A DNA stretch of 64,000 nt from an uncultured Acidobacteriota bacterium (lineage in GTDB: Bacteria; Acidobacteriota; UBA6911), in assembly GCA_963809485.1 (NCBI GenBank), contig CAWEJX010000004.1, positions 224,001 to 288,000 on the forward strand, given 5' to 3'. The notes under the pieces are model-generated. The model saw only the letters and a list, made by a program, of their open reading frames with translations, did not search any database and was not told the origin of the DNA. The position numbers and the translations under genes are program-made. Of the stretch, positions 51,614 to 61,594 are shown piece by piece; position 1 is the first letter of the stretch; every line of letters begins with the position of its first letter.

Positions 51614-52383
51614 TGACAATCCTGCTCGAGGTGAAGCCTTGGGTTTACGCGGCAACGCTGATAGCCGCGATTGTGTCGCTATTCATGTGGTGTCGCCGGC
51701 GCAAGAAGAAGGCACGAAGCGTTTCCCGGCAGGCATCCAACCATGGAAAATGGAAACAGTCAGCTACTGCCACCGAGACCGTTGCGGACAGCATTTCCAG
51801 ACTGCAGACAGCTTTCGGCTTCCGGATCGACGATGATTTCGGAGTTCGGCTAGGTTCCCTGCTAAGCACGGCAAAATATTACAGGCGACTGGGTTTTGTC
51901 GAATTGGCGCATACCCTGGACGATGTGGCGGAAAAAGCGGTTGAGAGCCTCAGAAGCCGCTGTGAGAAAACACTGAAAGAGGTGAAGATCGAATGCGTAG
52001 CATTCCAGCACAATGAGCGGGGCATCGCGGCCGGATTTGTCCTGAATCCGGCTGCGATGTCGGAGCCTTCTCCCGGTACATTTCTGCTTGAAATTGCCGT
52101 CGGCCCCGCAGGCAACAGGGCGGGGGGCCGAACTTCGCGGTATTTTGCAATACGGCTTGAAAAAGGCCGAATCGTGAAATTAAGCGCCGCGGAAACACTT
52201 ATTACCCTACCCGACAGGCCGAATTCCGTCACGGATGAGGTGGGCAATCTGATTGTGACCGCCGTCGATCCATGGGTCTGTGCCATCATTCTAGGCAATC
52301 GGCAACTTGCCCAGGACAACTGCCCGTGTCCGCCTTTTATGGAGGAATACGAGAAAATATTGAGATCCCTATTACGGCCCTAA
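51610..52383 (+). CDS. Hypothetical protein with N-terminal membrane anchor
   Basis: ATGA overlap with the E1 stop; WVYAATLIAAIVSLFMWC followed by RRRKKK. Confidence 0.7.
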   Translation: MMTILLEVKPWVYAATLIAAIVSLFMWCRRRKKKARSVSRQASNHGKWKQSATATETVADSISRLQTAFGFRIDDDFGVRLGSLLSTAKYYRRLGFVELAHTLDDVAEKAVESLRSRCEKTLKEVKIECVAFQHNERGIAAGFVLNPAAMSEPSPGTFLLEIAVGPAGNRAGGRTSRYFAIRLEKGRIVKLSAAETLITLPDRPNSVTDEVGNLIVTAVDPWVCAIILGNRQLAQDNCPCPPFMEEYEKILRSLLRP

Positions 52384-52436
52384 CCGGCATGTCCACAAGC
52401 TTCGCCATGGAATTGCATCGTTTATCCCTCGTATTC

Positions 52437-52937
52437 CTAATTTTTGCTTCGGGATTTCGGTCTGGGCTTTTTGCCCTTATTGGCTTGCTGATCTGCAACG
52501 GATGGCGGCGCGAAAGCGCCGTCGGACATTTGCGCCCCTTGCCCATACTCCTTGGTCGTTGATATCTCCAGAAATACGAAAGGCTTGCTAATTTTCTTCA
52601 CCTTCAAGGGACAATGCTTCAAGCCAGGCGGGATAGAGACAACCGTTGCGCTGGTAATGATATGTTCCTCCAATTCGTCCCCGAGGCAGATGCTGATTTC
52701 GGCCCCCAAATCGTTGATGTTTTCCGGATTCCCACCAATGAAGCAGAGCAATTCGTGGAAATCATGGGAATGAGCGAACGGCACTTCGTAGTTGGTGTTA
52801 ATGCAATGGTAGCCCAGCGTGGTGCCATTTTTATACTCATCGTGGTGGGCAAATAACGACAAACCCGTCATTCCCGGTTCCGTTTCCTTAAAAAAGGGCC
52901 CTCGAATCACATTCCTCCAGTATTTCTTCACCTCCAT
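52437..52937 (-). CDS. Cupin-like hypothetical protein (paralog of 2504 and 27412)
   Basis: GGAGG RBS; AHSHDFHELLCFIGGNPENINDLGAEI...IPPGLKHCPL. Confidence 0.72.
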   Translation of the reverse strand: MEVKKYWRNVIRGPFFKETEPGMTGLSLFAHHDEYKNGTTLGYHCINTNYEVPFAHSHDFHELLCFIGGNPENINDLGAEISICLGDELEEHIITSATVVSIPPGLKHCPLKVKKISKPFVFLEISTTKEYGQGAQMSDGAFAPPSVADQQANKGKKPRPKSRSKN

Positions 52938-53276
52938 ATGCGTTTCCTCCTCTTATGAACTATCGAGTTTCCCCTTCCATCATAAACTCCGGAGTTTGTT
53001 GAGATATTATCCCAGGTTGGGCAAATATTGTTCGGGGTTTTTGCGGACTCCGGCGGCAATAGGCAATCGGGGACGCCGCAACAAGCATGGTGGGCCTGTA
53101 ACAGCAGGCTGAGGGCGTCTGAAGTAAATTTTATAATGGAGGATCAATCCAAAGTCATCTCCGCCGCAAAAGATCCTGTCATTGCCATTTCCTGCGGAAG
53201 CGCGATCCGGATTGCTTCCATTGTGGTATTCTCGGGCAGGTTCAGCGGATTCTTACCACCATCCCGGGAGGAAAAA

Positions 53277-54530
53277 GTGAACACCACCAAAATACCTCTG
53301 GATGAATCCTTTGCACTGACACGACGTCACTTGCTTCAGATATGCAGCGCGGCTGCGGCTGCGTGGAATATTCCTTCTTTCGCCGCAGCGAAGGATGAAA
53401 TCAACCCTCTTTTGAGGCAGGCGATTGCCAAACTCGAGTACCTGACTCCACTGGATCGCGCCTTCATCCTGGACAAGGGGAAAACCGGCGTTCAACAGCT
53501 CCCTCCGGAAAAGCTTCGCGAGATCCGGCTGGTTCCGGAAACATGGTCCATGGACGTCGTGCCGGACCCGGCCAGCAACAGCATTGTAGAGCAACCCTTC
53601 TCCCAGGAGCTCGGCAACGCCTTCACCTGGGACCGCTTGATGCAATTGGCGGAAAAACATGCAGTCCGTTTCATGCACGTCACCAACTGCACCAATGGCG
53701 CGGATCCTTTTCACATGAGCCTGTGGGAAGGCGTTCCTTTGCGCGAAGTGATCGCGCTCGTCAGGCCCAAAGACAATGTCCGCCGGGTCTATTATCAAAG
53801 CTATCACAAAGAAAATGCGCCTCCCTTTCAAAGCTCGCTGGCGCTGGCCCAGATTCTCGAAACTCCGCCGGGAGATATGCCGGTGATTCTGGCGTACAAG
53901 ATGAACGGTCGGATTATCCCGGCCTCCCACGGAGGACCTGTTCGCGTGGTCGTTCCTGGCGCTTACGGCAGCAAGTCTATCAAATGGGTCCAGCGCATCA
54001 TTCTCACCAACGATTTCAAGGCAAATGATTCCGACGCTGATTTGAACAACGATCCCGAAAATGCTCTGAAGACTCGCGCCCGGTTTATCAACCCGCCGAA
54101 AGAAATTCAAACGGCCGCTCCAGCCGCTATCGCCGGAATGGCCCAAATCGGGATTTCGGGATTGTCCAGAATCCAATATTGTCTTCGTTCTCAAAAGGAG
54201 CCAAAACCGGCGGATGACCCTTACTGGACCAAAGCCGATTGGAAAGACGCCACCATCCTTCCGCCGCCGACGAACTGGGGCGGCGGATTGCCGGGAGGCA
54301 AACTCCCGACAACAAGTCAAACGGATCCGATAAAAGGCGCGCCATTGCAATGGCCTTTGCCCTACACGATTGTCCATTGGGCGGCTTTGCTCCCGGGCCT
54401 GACGGCCGGCGCCTATGATCTTTGCTGCCGCACCATCGACACCAACGGAATAGCTCAACCTCTGCCGCGCACTTTGCCACGAACGGGCTATAACGCTCTC
54501 CACGTGGTTGCTCTGGAGGTCAGATCTTAG
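53277..54530 (+). CDS. Tat-exported sulfite oxidase-family molybdopterin-dependent oxidoreductase
   Basis: TRRHLL; Mo-ligand Cys in TNCTN; WEGVPLREV; LAYKMNG..IP.SHGGPVRVVVPGAYGSKSIKWV. Confidence 0.82.
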   Translation: MNTTKIPLDESFALTRRHLLQICSAAAAAWNIPSFAAAKDEINPLLRQAIAKLEYLTPLDRAFILDKGKTGVQQLPPEKLREIRLVPETWSMDVVPDPASNSIVEQPFSQELGNAFTWDRLMQLAEKHAVRFMHVTNCTNGADPFHMSLWEGVPLREVIALVRPKDNVRRVYYQSYHKENAPPFQSSLALAQILETPPGDMPVILAYKMNGRIIPASHGGPVRVVVPGAYGSKSIKWVQRIILTNDFKANDSDADLNNDPENALKTRARFINPPKEIQTAAPAAIAGMAQIGISGLSRIQYCLRSQKEPKPADDPYWTKADWKDATILPPPTNWGGGLPGGKLPTTSQTDPIKGAPLQWPLPYTIVHWAALLPGLTAGAYDLCCRTIDTNGIAQPLPRTLPRTGYNALHVVALEVRS

Positions 54531-54616
54531 GACTCTGAATCCTGAGGAAGGATATTGCAGACGATCGTTTGAATTGGGATTCGTCGAATCAGGAAAAACA
54601 TGCGGGAGGTAGAAAG

Positions 54617-55684
54617 ATGGATCCGAACATAGTCATAAAAGAATCCATGATTATCGCCGGAGTGGCCGGGAACGGGGACGAGACCGGCAAAGCCTGGGAA
54701 GCGTTTATGGAGATACAGAAGATGCATCCCCTGAAGAACCAGGCAGGCGAAGAAGGCTATGAAATCCGCCTCTATCCGACGGAAGGCAAGGGAAAAATCC
54801 ACGTGGGTGTCCGGGTGAGGGACGCAAGCATCCCGGCAGAGTACAGGGTCTTTGTCCTGCCCGCTGCAACCTATGCCGAATTTGAGATCTTTCCCTCCAA
54901 AGGCTACGAAAGCAGCAATGCCGAGATACACGAATGGCTGGCAAATAGCGCCGGCAAACATAAACAGGCCCTGCTGAACGGCATGAAATACGCCGTTGAG
55001 GTATATGACAAAAGATATAAAGGCGATAAAGATGCGTCATCGGTGGTAGGAATCCTGGTCCCCATAGAAAAAGCCGATCCGGCCGGCGTACCGGATTTGG
55101 TGGAAATGATGGCCGGCCCGGTCCGGGAAATCGGCGGTCAAATAAAGCAATTTGCCGGTGAAGCGATGAGCAAAAAGGTGATGCAAGGCAGTGAGGAGAT
55201 GTTGGCCGCGGCCGACCCGGTCAAGTGCTCGCTATGGGTCCGGGAAGCCATGGACCGTCTGGATAAGCTAACCGACCAAAAAACACGTGAACAGATAATG
55301 ACGGCCTGCGGCCGTAAGTGCCACTCAATGAACCCACAAATCACGGAAGAAATGAAAGCCAAGCGTCTTGAAGCGGCGTCTGAGGATGTATTTCTTGCGA
55401 CCGTTCTGGAGCCGAGACAAGGCACCGGCGCCCGCTACGAGAGGCACGGTGACACTTTGATTCAATACTACACCCCTCGCCAATACTCTAAGGGAGTGCG
55501 ATGCTATTGCAGTCTGATGCGCAGTCTGCCTGAGGGTGTAATCGCTTCATCCACATATTGTGAATGTGCTCGCGCCTTTGTCCAGGAGCAATGGGAGCGT
55601 GTCCTGGAGCGGCAGGTCAAAGTCGAACTGGGAGAAACGGCAATTACGGGATCTGACGAGTGCCGGTTTGTCATTCATCTATAG
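54617..55684 (+). CDS. GyrI-like effector-binding domain fused to a Cys-rich (DUF6144-like) domain
   Basis: LPAATYAEF...EVYD N-terminal domain; ACGRKC, RCYCS, YCEC, GSDECRFVI. Confidence 0.65.
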   Translation: MDPNIVIKESMIIAGVAGNGDETGKAWEAFMEIQKMHPLKNQAGEEGYEIRLYPTEGKGKIHVGVRVRDASIPAEYRVFVLPAATYAEFEIFPSKGYESSNAEIHEWLANSAGKHKQALLNGMKYAVEVYDKRYKGDKDASSVVGILVPIEKADPAGVPDLVEMMAGPVREIGGQIKQFAGEAMSKKVMQGSEEMLAAADPVKCSLWVREAMDRLDKLTDQKTREQIMTACGRKCHSMNPQITEEMKAKRLEAASEDVFLATVLEPRQGTGARYERHGDTLIQYYTPRQYSKGVRCYCSLMRSLPEGVIASSTYCECARAFVQEQWERVLERQVKVELGETAITGSDECRFVIHL

Positions 55685-55810
55685 AATAGGCATTATTGCC
55701 AAGCCATTCGATACTATTCAATCGCATCCAACTTCGTTACAATAACTCCATCTTCTTATACCGATTCTCAGTGCATCGAACCGGCTGTCGGCGTGGCGGA
55801 GATCTTCCTC

Positions 55811-58489
55811 ATGATCGGCAAAACGCTCGGCCATTATCAAATCACGAATCCCCTCGGCAAGGGCGGCATGGGGGAGGTGTATCAGGCGCGCGACGATCGG
55901 ATCGGGCGGGATGTCGCTGTAAAAGTGCTACCGATGGAGTATGCGGCCGATAAGGACCGTCTCCGCCGCTTCGAGCAGGAAGCCCGGGCGGCCGGCCAGC
56001 TCAACCATCCCAACATCCTGACCGTCTACGACGTGGGTACGCAGGAGGGAGCTCCCTACATCGTCACGGAGTTGCTGCACGGGGAGAGTCTGCAGGAGAT
56101 TGTGCACCCGGGCGGCCTGGGCGTTCGCAAGTCTGTGGATATCGCGGTCCAGATCGCGAATGGCCTGGCTGCGGCCCACGAGAAGGGGATCATTCACCGC
56201 GATCTCAAGCCTGCCAACGTGTTCGTTACGAGGGACGGCTATGTCAAAATCCTGGACTTCGGAATCGCGAAACTGGCATCGCCGAGAAGCGTCCATGGAT
56301 CGGAAGAAACCACCCTGATGAACGCAACAACTGAGGCCGGCAAGCTGCTCGGCACCGTAGGATATGTCTCCCCGGAGCAGCTGCGCGGCCAGCCTGTGGA
56401 CCACCGGACAGACATTTTCTCCTTGGGGTGCGTGCTGTACGAAATGCTGGCAGGACAACGGGCATTCCAGGGACCGACGGCGGCAGACACCGTGACGGCG
56501 ATCCTCTCGAAAGACCCGGCGCCGCTTTCGGCTCCGGGATTGGAAATTCCGCCGGCGCTGCAGGCCATAGTGAGCCAGTGCCTGGAGAAATCCCCGGAAG
56601 ACCGCTTTTCCAGCGCCCACGACGTGGCGCTGGCGCTGCGGCTTTTCCCGGGGCAGACGGAAATGATCGGGCCGCAGCCGGGAGCGGGGAGGCCTCCGAT
56701 GAGCCTGCGGAGGCGGCTGGCTGTGGCGGGTTTGGCAGTGCTGCTCCTCGTCGCCGCCATTATCGCCGTTTGGAAGCTGCTCTCACGGCCTCCCACACAG
56801 CGTCAGGAAGCGGTACAGGGGCAATCGGTCAGGGTCGTCGTTCTTCCATTTGAAAACCTCGGTGCCGCCGAAGATGCATACTTTGCCGCAGGCATGACTG
56901 AGGAGATCACCAGCCGGCTCGCCAATGTACAGGGATTGGGTGTGATCTCGCGGACCTCTGCCATCGGATACGACGGGAGGGGGAAAACCGTTAAGCAGAT
57001 CGGCCGCGACCTCGGTGTCGATTTTGTGCTTGAGGGCAGCGTGCGTTGGGAGCGCGCTCCCGGCCGGGAAAGCCGCGTGCGCATCACCCCGCAGCTCATC
57101 CGAGCCGCCGACGACACCCACATCTGGTCCGATCGATACGAAAGGGTGCTCGCAGACGTGTTCGCCATCCAGTCTGAGGTGGCGGAAAACGCCGTCAAGG
57201 CGATGGGCGTCGCGCTCCTGCCCAATGAGCGGGCTGCACTGAAAGAGGTCTCAACGCAGGACCTGGAGGCCTACCAGCTCTACCTTCGCGGCCGCGAACT
57301 GGAAAGCCGCGGTGTGGTCAGAAAAGATATCGATGGTGCACTTCAGATGTACCAGGATGCGGTCCATCGCGATCCACAATTTGCGCAGGCCCTTGCGGGA
57401 ATGGCCAGGACCAACCTGGCGATGTACTGGGAGTACTTCGACCGGAGCCGGGAGCGGCTTGTCAAGGCCAGGGAAGCAGCGGAACTGGCCGTCCAACTCC
57501 GCCCGGACCTCGCGGAGGCCCAAACCGCTCTGGGGCTCTATTACTACTGGGGAAAATTGAACTATCCGAAGGCCCTGGATTCGTTCGCGGCGGCTTTGCG
57601 GTCTCAGCCCAACAACTCCGATGCACTTGCCGGAATCGGCTTTGTCCTGCGCCGCCAGGGACGATGGGTAGAAGCGATGGAGAAGTTCAGCACTGTGGCG
57701 GACCTGGATCCCAAAAACGCAGCCCGGATCTTTGACGTCGGTCTCACCAATGAACTCGCCGGCCGCTACGACGACGCGGATCGTGCCTTTATCCGGACGC
57801 TTTCCTTGAATCCGCTCTACGCTGGAGCGTATGCAGAACGAGCATGGCAACAGCTCGTGTGGCGTGGCGACACGGACAAGGCTCAGGCTGTTCTGGACGA
57901 GGCTGCCCGTGTTGCCGGCCTTACGGACGATGTTGGCTATATTGCGGAGATACAACTGCGGGTTTCATTGTGCCGCCGGGACTATTCCGGTGCGCTGCGT
58001 CGGCTTGAGGCTGAAACACGGCCCGCAATCGACAACCAGGACGGATTCTGGCCCATCCCCTTGCTCCGCGGAAATGTATATCGGTTGGCCGGTCAGCCCA
58101 GTCTCGCGCAAGACTCGTACGAGGCTGCGCGCCTGGAACTCGAGAAAAAAGTCCGGCAGACTCCTGACGATGACCGGTTCCGCAGCTCGCTCGGCATAGC
58201 CTGCGCAGGCCTCGGCCGGCGCGAAGAAGCCGTGCGCGAGGCGCGCCTTGCCTGCGACCTCATGCCGGCCTCGAAGGACGCCTTGCGGGCCATCTTTCGC
58301 CTTTGGGAACTGGCCGTCGTCTTGGCAATAGCGGACCGGCCGGCCGAAGCGATCGTCACATTGGACGAATTGCTTGCGCGAAGCGGTTGGTGGACGCCTC
58401 AGGTGCTCCGGCTGGATCCTACATGGGACCCGCTGCGGCCGGATCCGCGATTCCAGGCATTGCTCGTCAAGTACGAGGTTAAACAATAA
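55811..58489 (+). CDS. Hanks-type Ser/Thr protein kinase with TM, TolB-N-like domain and TPRs
   Basis: LGKGGMGEVY, VAVK, HRDLKPAN, DFG, YVSPEQ; TM helix; VLPFENL...GMTEEI; TPRs; DPLRPDPRFQALL. Confidence 0.92.
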   Translation: MIGKTLGHYQITNPLGKGGMGEVYQARDDRIGRDVAVKVLPMEYAADKDRLRRFEQEARAAGQLNHPNILTVYDVGTQEGAPYIVTELLHGESLQEIVHPGGLGVRKSVDIAVQIANGLAAAHEKGIIHRDLKPANVFVTRDGYVKILDFGIAKLASPRSVHGSEETTLMNATTEAGKLLGTVGYVSPEQLRGQPVDHRTDIFSLGCVLYEMLAGQRAFQGPTAADTVTAILSKDPAPLSAPGLEIPPALQAIVSQCLEKSPEDRFSSAHDVALALRLFPGQTEMIGPQPGAGRPPMSLRRRLAVAGLAVLLLVAAIIAVWKLLSRPPTQRQEAVQGQSVRVVVLPFENLGAAEDAYFAAGMTEEITSRLANVQGLGVISRTSAIGYDGRGKTVKQIGRDLGVDFVLEGSVRWERAPGRESRVRITPQLIRAADDTHIWSDRYERVLADVFAIQSEVAENAVKAMGVALLPNERAALKEVSTQDLEAYQLYLRGRELESRGVVRKDIDGALQMYQDAVHRDPQFAQALAGMARTNLAMYWEYFDRSRERLVKAREAAELAVQLRPDLAEAQTALGLYYYWGKLNYPKALDSFAAALRSQPNNSDALAGIGFVLRRQGRWVEAMEKFSTVADLDPKNAARIFDVGLTNELAGRYDDADRAFIRTLSLNPLYAGAYAERAWQQLVWRGDTDKAQAVLDEAARVAGLTDDVGYIAEIQLRVSLCRRDYSGALRRLEAETRPAIDNQDGFWPIPLLRGNVYRLAGQPSLAQDSYEAARLELEKKVRQTPDDDRFRSSLGIACAGLGRREEAVREARLACDLMPASKDALRAIFRLWELAVVLAIADRPAEAIVTLDELLARSGWWTPQVLRLDPTWDPLRPDPRFQALLVKYEVKQ

Positions 58490-58775
58490 GAGGAATCGTA
58501 CCTCCATTGTTGAAAATTTCCATCGAAACAGCCTATGCGTAACGGCGCTTTCTTGGGTATTCGGCTAAGAGTGAACAGTGGGGATACGGCATCGTTTCCA
58601 CTTGACACCAAAATGGAGGAAGACTAAAGATCTAGGCAAAACCATCCCATTTGGCCCAAGGGAAAATGCTGTATGGCGATCCACCCTCCAGGCTGGGACA
58701 TGCTCCTTAGGAAGTTTGTGAATTTTCGCATTTTTGCACAAATATAGTATTGGTTTTTATACACGGGAGGGTCTT

Positions 58776-59702
58776 ATGTCAACGGCGAGGCTGCTTGTGC
58801 TTTTGGCAGGATTGGCATTAATAATGCCGGTCACTGCATCTTTCTCAATCCAGCAAACAAAAGGGGCAAATGCCCCAAAAACTCCTATGCTAAAAGAACA
58901 GGAGAAGGAGGAAATTCTGACCAACGACTCGGTCATCCAGCTGCTTAAAGTCGGCATTAACGAGGACGTGATCATATCCAAGATTCAAAAGACCAAACAC
59001 AGCTTCGACCTTTCAGTTAACGGCATGGTTGCGCTCAAACAAGCTGGGGTCAGCGACCGGCTAATGCATTTTATGATGGATCCGGCAAAGCCGCCCGAAA
59101 CAAAAGCAGGATCCTCGACGGATATTGCTGCAAATGCCCCTGCACCACCGGCAGCCCCCAAGGAATCGTTTAAGACAGTTGAGGCAATTGCGACTGCTCC
59201 GGCCGAGCCAAGCCTTCCTAAGGAAATGGGAGTGTATGCAAGGAAAGAGGGGGAATGGGCGGAAATTTCACCGGAAATAGTAAACTGGCAGACCGGCGGT
59301 TGGCTGAAAAGCGTCGCGAGCGCCGGCATCGTCAAGGGCGACGTGAACGGAAAGATCAATGGAGCTCACAGTCCCAATGCGGTCAGAGCTCCCCTGGAAT
59401 TTTTGATTGTTGCCGCCGAAGGTGTGGCGATCACTGAATTCCAACTGATTAAATTGAGGGGAAAGAGTGACTCCAGGGAGTTTCGCACCGTCACCGGCGG
59501 CGTTTTTCACGCTTCCGGAGGAGCTACCCGTGATTTGGTCCAATTCGAGGGAAGCAAGATAGCCAGTCGGACATTCTCCGTCAAACTGTCAAACCTGGGC
59601 GCCGGAGAATACGGTTTTCTTCCCCCGAGTGTCCAGGCCGGTTCGGGTGGCGGCAGCGCAGCAAATCTTGGAAAAATGTATTCGTTCAGGGTCGGGGAGT
59701 AG
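58776..59702 (+). CDS. Secreted hypothetical protein
   Basis: GGAGG RBS; signal peptide; LTNDSVIQLLKVGINEDVII small helical domain; Pro/Ala linker; GEYGF. Confidence 0.7.
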   Translation: MSTARLLVLLAGLALIMPVTASFSIQQTKGANAPKTPMLKEQEKEEILTNDSVIQLLKVGINEDVIISKIQKTKHSFDLSVNGMVALKQAGVSDRLMHFMMDPAKPPETKAGSSTDIAANAPAPPAAPKESFKTVEAIATAPAEPSLPKEMGVYARKEGEWAEISPEIVNWQTGGWLKSVASAGIVKGDVNGKINGAHSPNAVRAPLEFLIVAAEGVAITEFQLIKLRGKSDSREFRTVTGGVFHASGGATRDLVQFEGSKIASRTFSVKLSNLGAGEYGFLPPSVQAGSGGGSAANLGKMYSFRVGE

Positions 59703-59949
59703 ATTCCCTGCCGGTGATTGAATCCCTTTCGCGGATATTGAGCTTCTGTCTGTAATCGGTGCAATCGGGGACCTTCACGATTATAATGGAGATTCGCTAT
59801 TTGATATCAGAGCACGGTTTCTGTGATCTGCACATTCTATAAAGTCATATGGAACGCACCCAAGCCTTAGCTTCAGGTGCATTGATGCAGGTGTCAACCC
59901 AAGCCACACTCGAGATCCCACAAAAATCATGTTCTGCGCAGCGCGTGAT

Positions 59950-61494
59950 ATGATTCCAGATGAAGGCTTCCGTTCCAGGCTGCTTTCCGGCACAGCTTTG
60001 GTTTGTTATGTCCTTTTAGCCCGAGTGGCACTATACCTTATCGCCGCTGTCAACTATGGCTACTTCCGCGATGAGCTTTACTACCTGGCATGCGGGGAAC
60101 ACCCTGACTGGGGATACGTCGATCAACCGCCGCTGATCGGCTGGATGGCTTGGCTGCTGCATCACACGATCGGCACTTCCTTATACGCACTGCGGCTTAT
60201 TCCCCTTCTGGCGCACCTCGCCACCATTATTTTGACTGCTGCTGTGGCGCGCGACCTCGGAGGAAAGCGCTGGGCAATATTTCTCTCCTCCCTTTCCGTG
60301 CTGGTGGCGCCGGTAGTCCTGTGCATGACCCATCTCTTTACCATGAACGCGTTTGATTTCCTTCTATGGACGCTACTTGCCTGGATCCTTGTCCGGATGG
60401 TACGCAGCGGCAACGAACGTTTCTGGTTGTGGGCGGGAATGGTAATTGGCGTGAGCCTGCTGAACAAATACGCCATTGCATTTTTTGTTTCCGGCTTGTT
60501 TGCCGGAGTATTGGCGACTCCACTACGGCGGAGTTTGGCGCATCCCTGGTTCTGGGGTGGGACGGCGCTTGCCGCGATCATAGCCCTGCCCAATTTTCTG
60601 TGGCAATGGCGGCACGGATTCCCATTTCTGGAGCTGATATCCAACATCCGTCATCATGGCCGCGATGTCGTCAACAATCCAATTTCGTTCCTTGGACAGC
60701 AGGCTTTCATGATCGGTTTCATCCCGGCACTGCTGGCTGTACTCGGAGTCTGGTTCCTTTTCTCGGGCAGAGCCCGGAAGTACGCTGTGCTGGCCTGGGG
60801 ATTTCTGGGTATGCTCGGCTTGATGATCCTGCTGAAGGGAAAGATCTATTACGTGGCGCCGGTCTATCCCATGATGTTCGCCTGCGGCGCAGTAGGGCTG
60901 GAGCAGCTGACGGAGTCGAAAAACGCGCGATGGCTGCGGCCGGCCTATGCTCTGCTGACAATCGTGCTCGGCGGACTTGTGGCGCCGGTAATCTTTCCGA
61001 TCCTGCCTGTGGAGACTTTCATTGCCTATGCGCGGCGGATAGGAATCGAGCAACCCAGGATCGAGCACCAGCCCGAGGGCCGGTTGCCCCAAATATATGC
61101 CGATATGTTCGGGTGGGAGGAACGGGTACGGCTCGTCGCGGCCTACTATCATGCGCTGTCCCCCGAAGAGCGGGAGGTGACGGCGATCGGCGCTCCCAAT
61201 TACGGGCAGGCTGGTGCGATCGATTTCTTCGGGCCAAAGTACGGGCTGCCGAAGGCCATATGCTCGCATCAAAGCTATTGGTTCTGGGGACCGCGCCAAT
61301 ACACGGGAGAAAGCATTATCCTCCTGAATGAAGGCAATCCTCAGAGATACGAAAGCCTCTGCAGGTCACTCACGCTGGTCGCACAGCCGGATGATCCGTT
61401 CGCCCGTCCCGACGAGAATCGCCCGATTTACCATTGCCGCGGATTGAAGGAAAACCTGCAGCAACTCTGGCCCACCCTGAAACATTTCGACTGA
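59950..61494 (+). CDS. Glycosyltransferase family 39/83 (ArnT/PMT-like) membrane protein
   Basis: YFRDELYY...WGYVDQPPL; LLNKY; PNFLWQ; many TM helices. Confidence 0.88.
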   Translation: MIPDEGFRSRLLSGTALVCYVLLARVALYLIAAVNYGYFRDELYYLACGEHPDWGYVDQPPLIGWMAWLLHHTIGTSLYALRLIPLLAHLATIILTAAVARDLGGKRWAIFLSSLSVLVAPVVLCMTHLFTMNAFDFLLWTLLAWILVRMVRSGNERFWLWAGMVIGVSLLNKYAIAFFVSGLFAGVLATPLRRSLAHPWFWGGTALAAIIALPNFLWQWRHGFPFLELISNIRHHGRDVVNNPISFLGQQAFMIGFIPALLAVLGVWFLFSGRARKYAVLAWGFLGMLGLMILLKGKIYYVAPVYPMMFACGAVGLEQLTESKNARWLRPAYALLTIVLGGLVAPVIFPILPVETFIAYARRIGIEQPRIEHQPEGRLPQIYADMFGWEERVRLVAAYYHALSPEEREVTAIGAPNYGQAGAIDFFGPKYGLPKAICSHQSYWFWGPRQYTGESIILLNEGNPQRYESLCRSLTLVAQPDDPFARPDENRPIYHCRGLKENLQQLWPTLKHFD

Positions 61495-61522
61495 TAGTGC
61501 TGCAATCTGCGCCATTCCCTGT

Positions 61523-61590
61523 GAGTTCCCAGTTTCCAGTTCCCAGTTAAAACATCCCACTGGGAACTGGAAACTCTGAACTGGGAACTC
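61523..61590. repeat. Inverted heptamer arrays forming a hairpin between convergent genes (possible bidirectional terminator)
   Basis: agttccc/agtttcc units facing ctgggaa/ctggaaa units. Confidence 0.65.
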
Positions 61591-61594
61591 GTTT

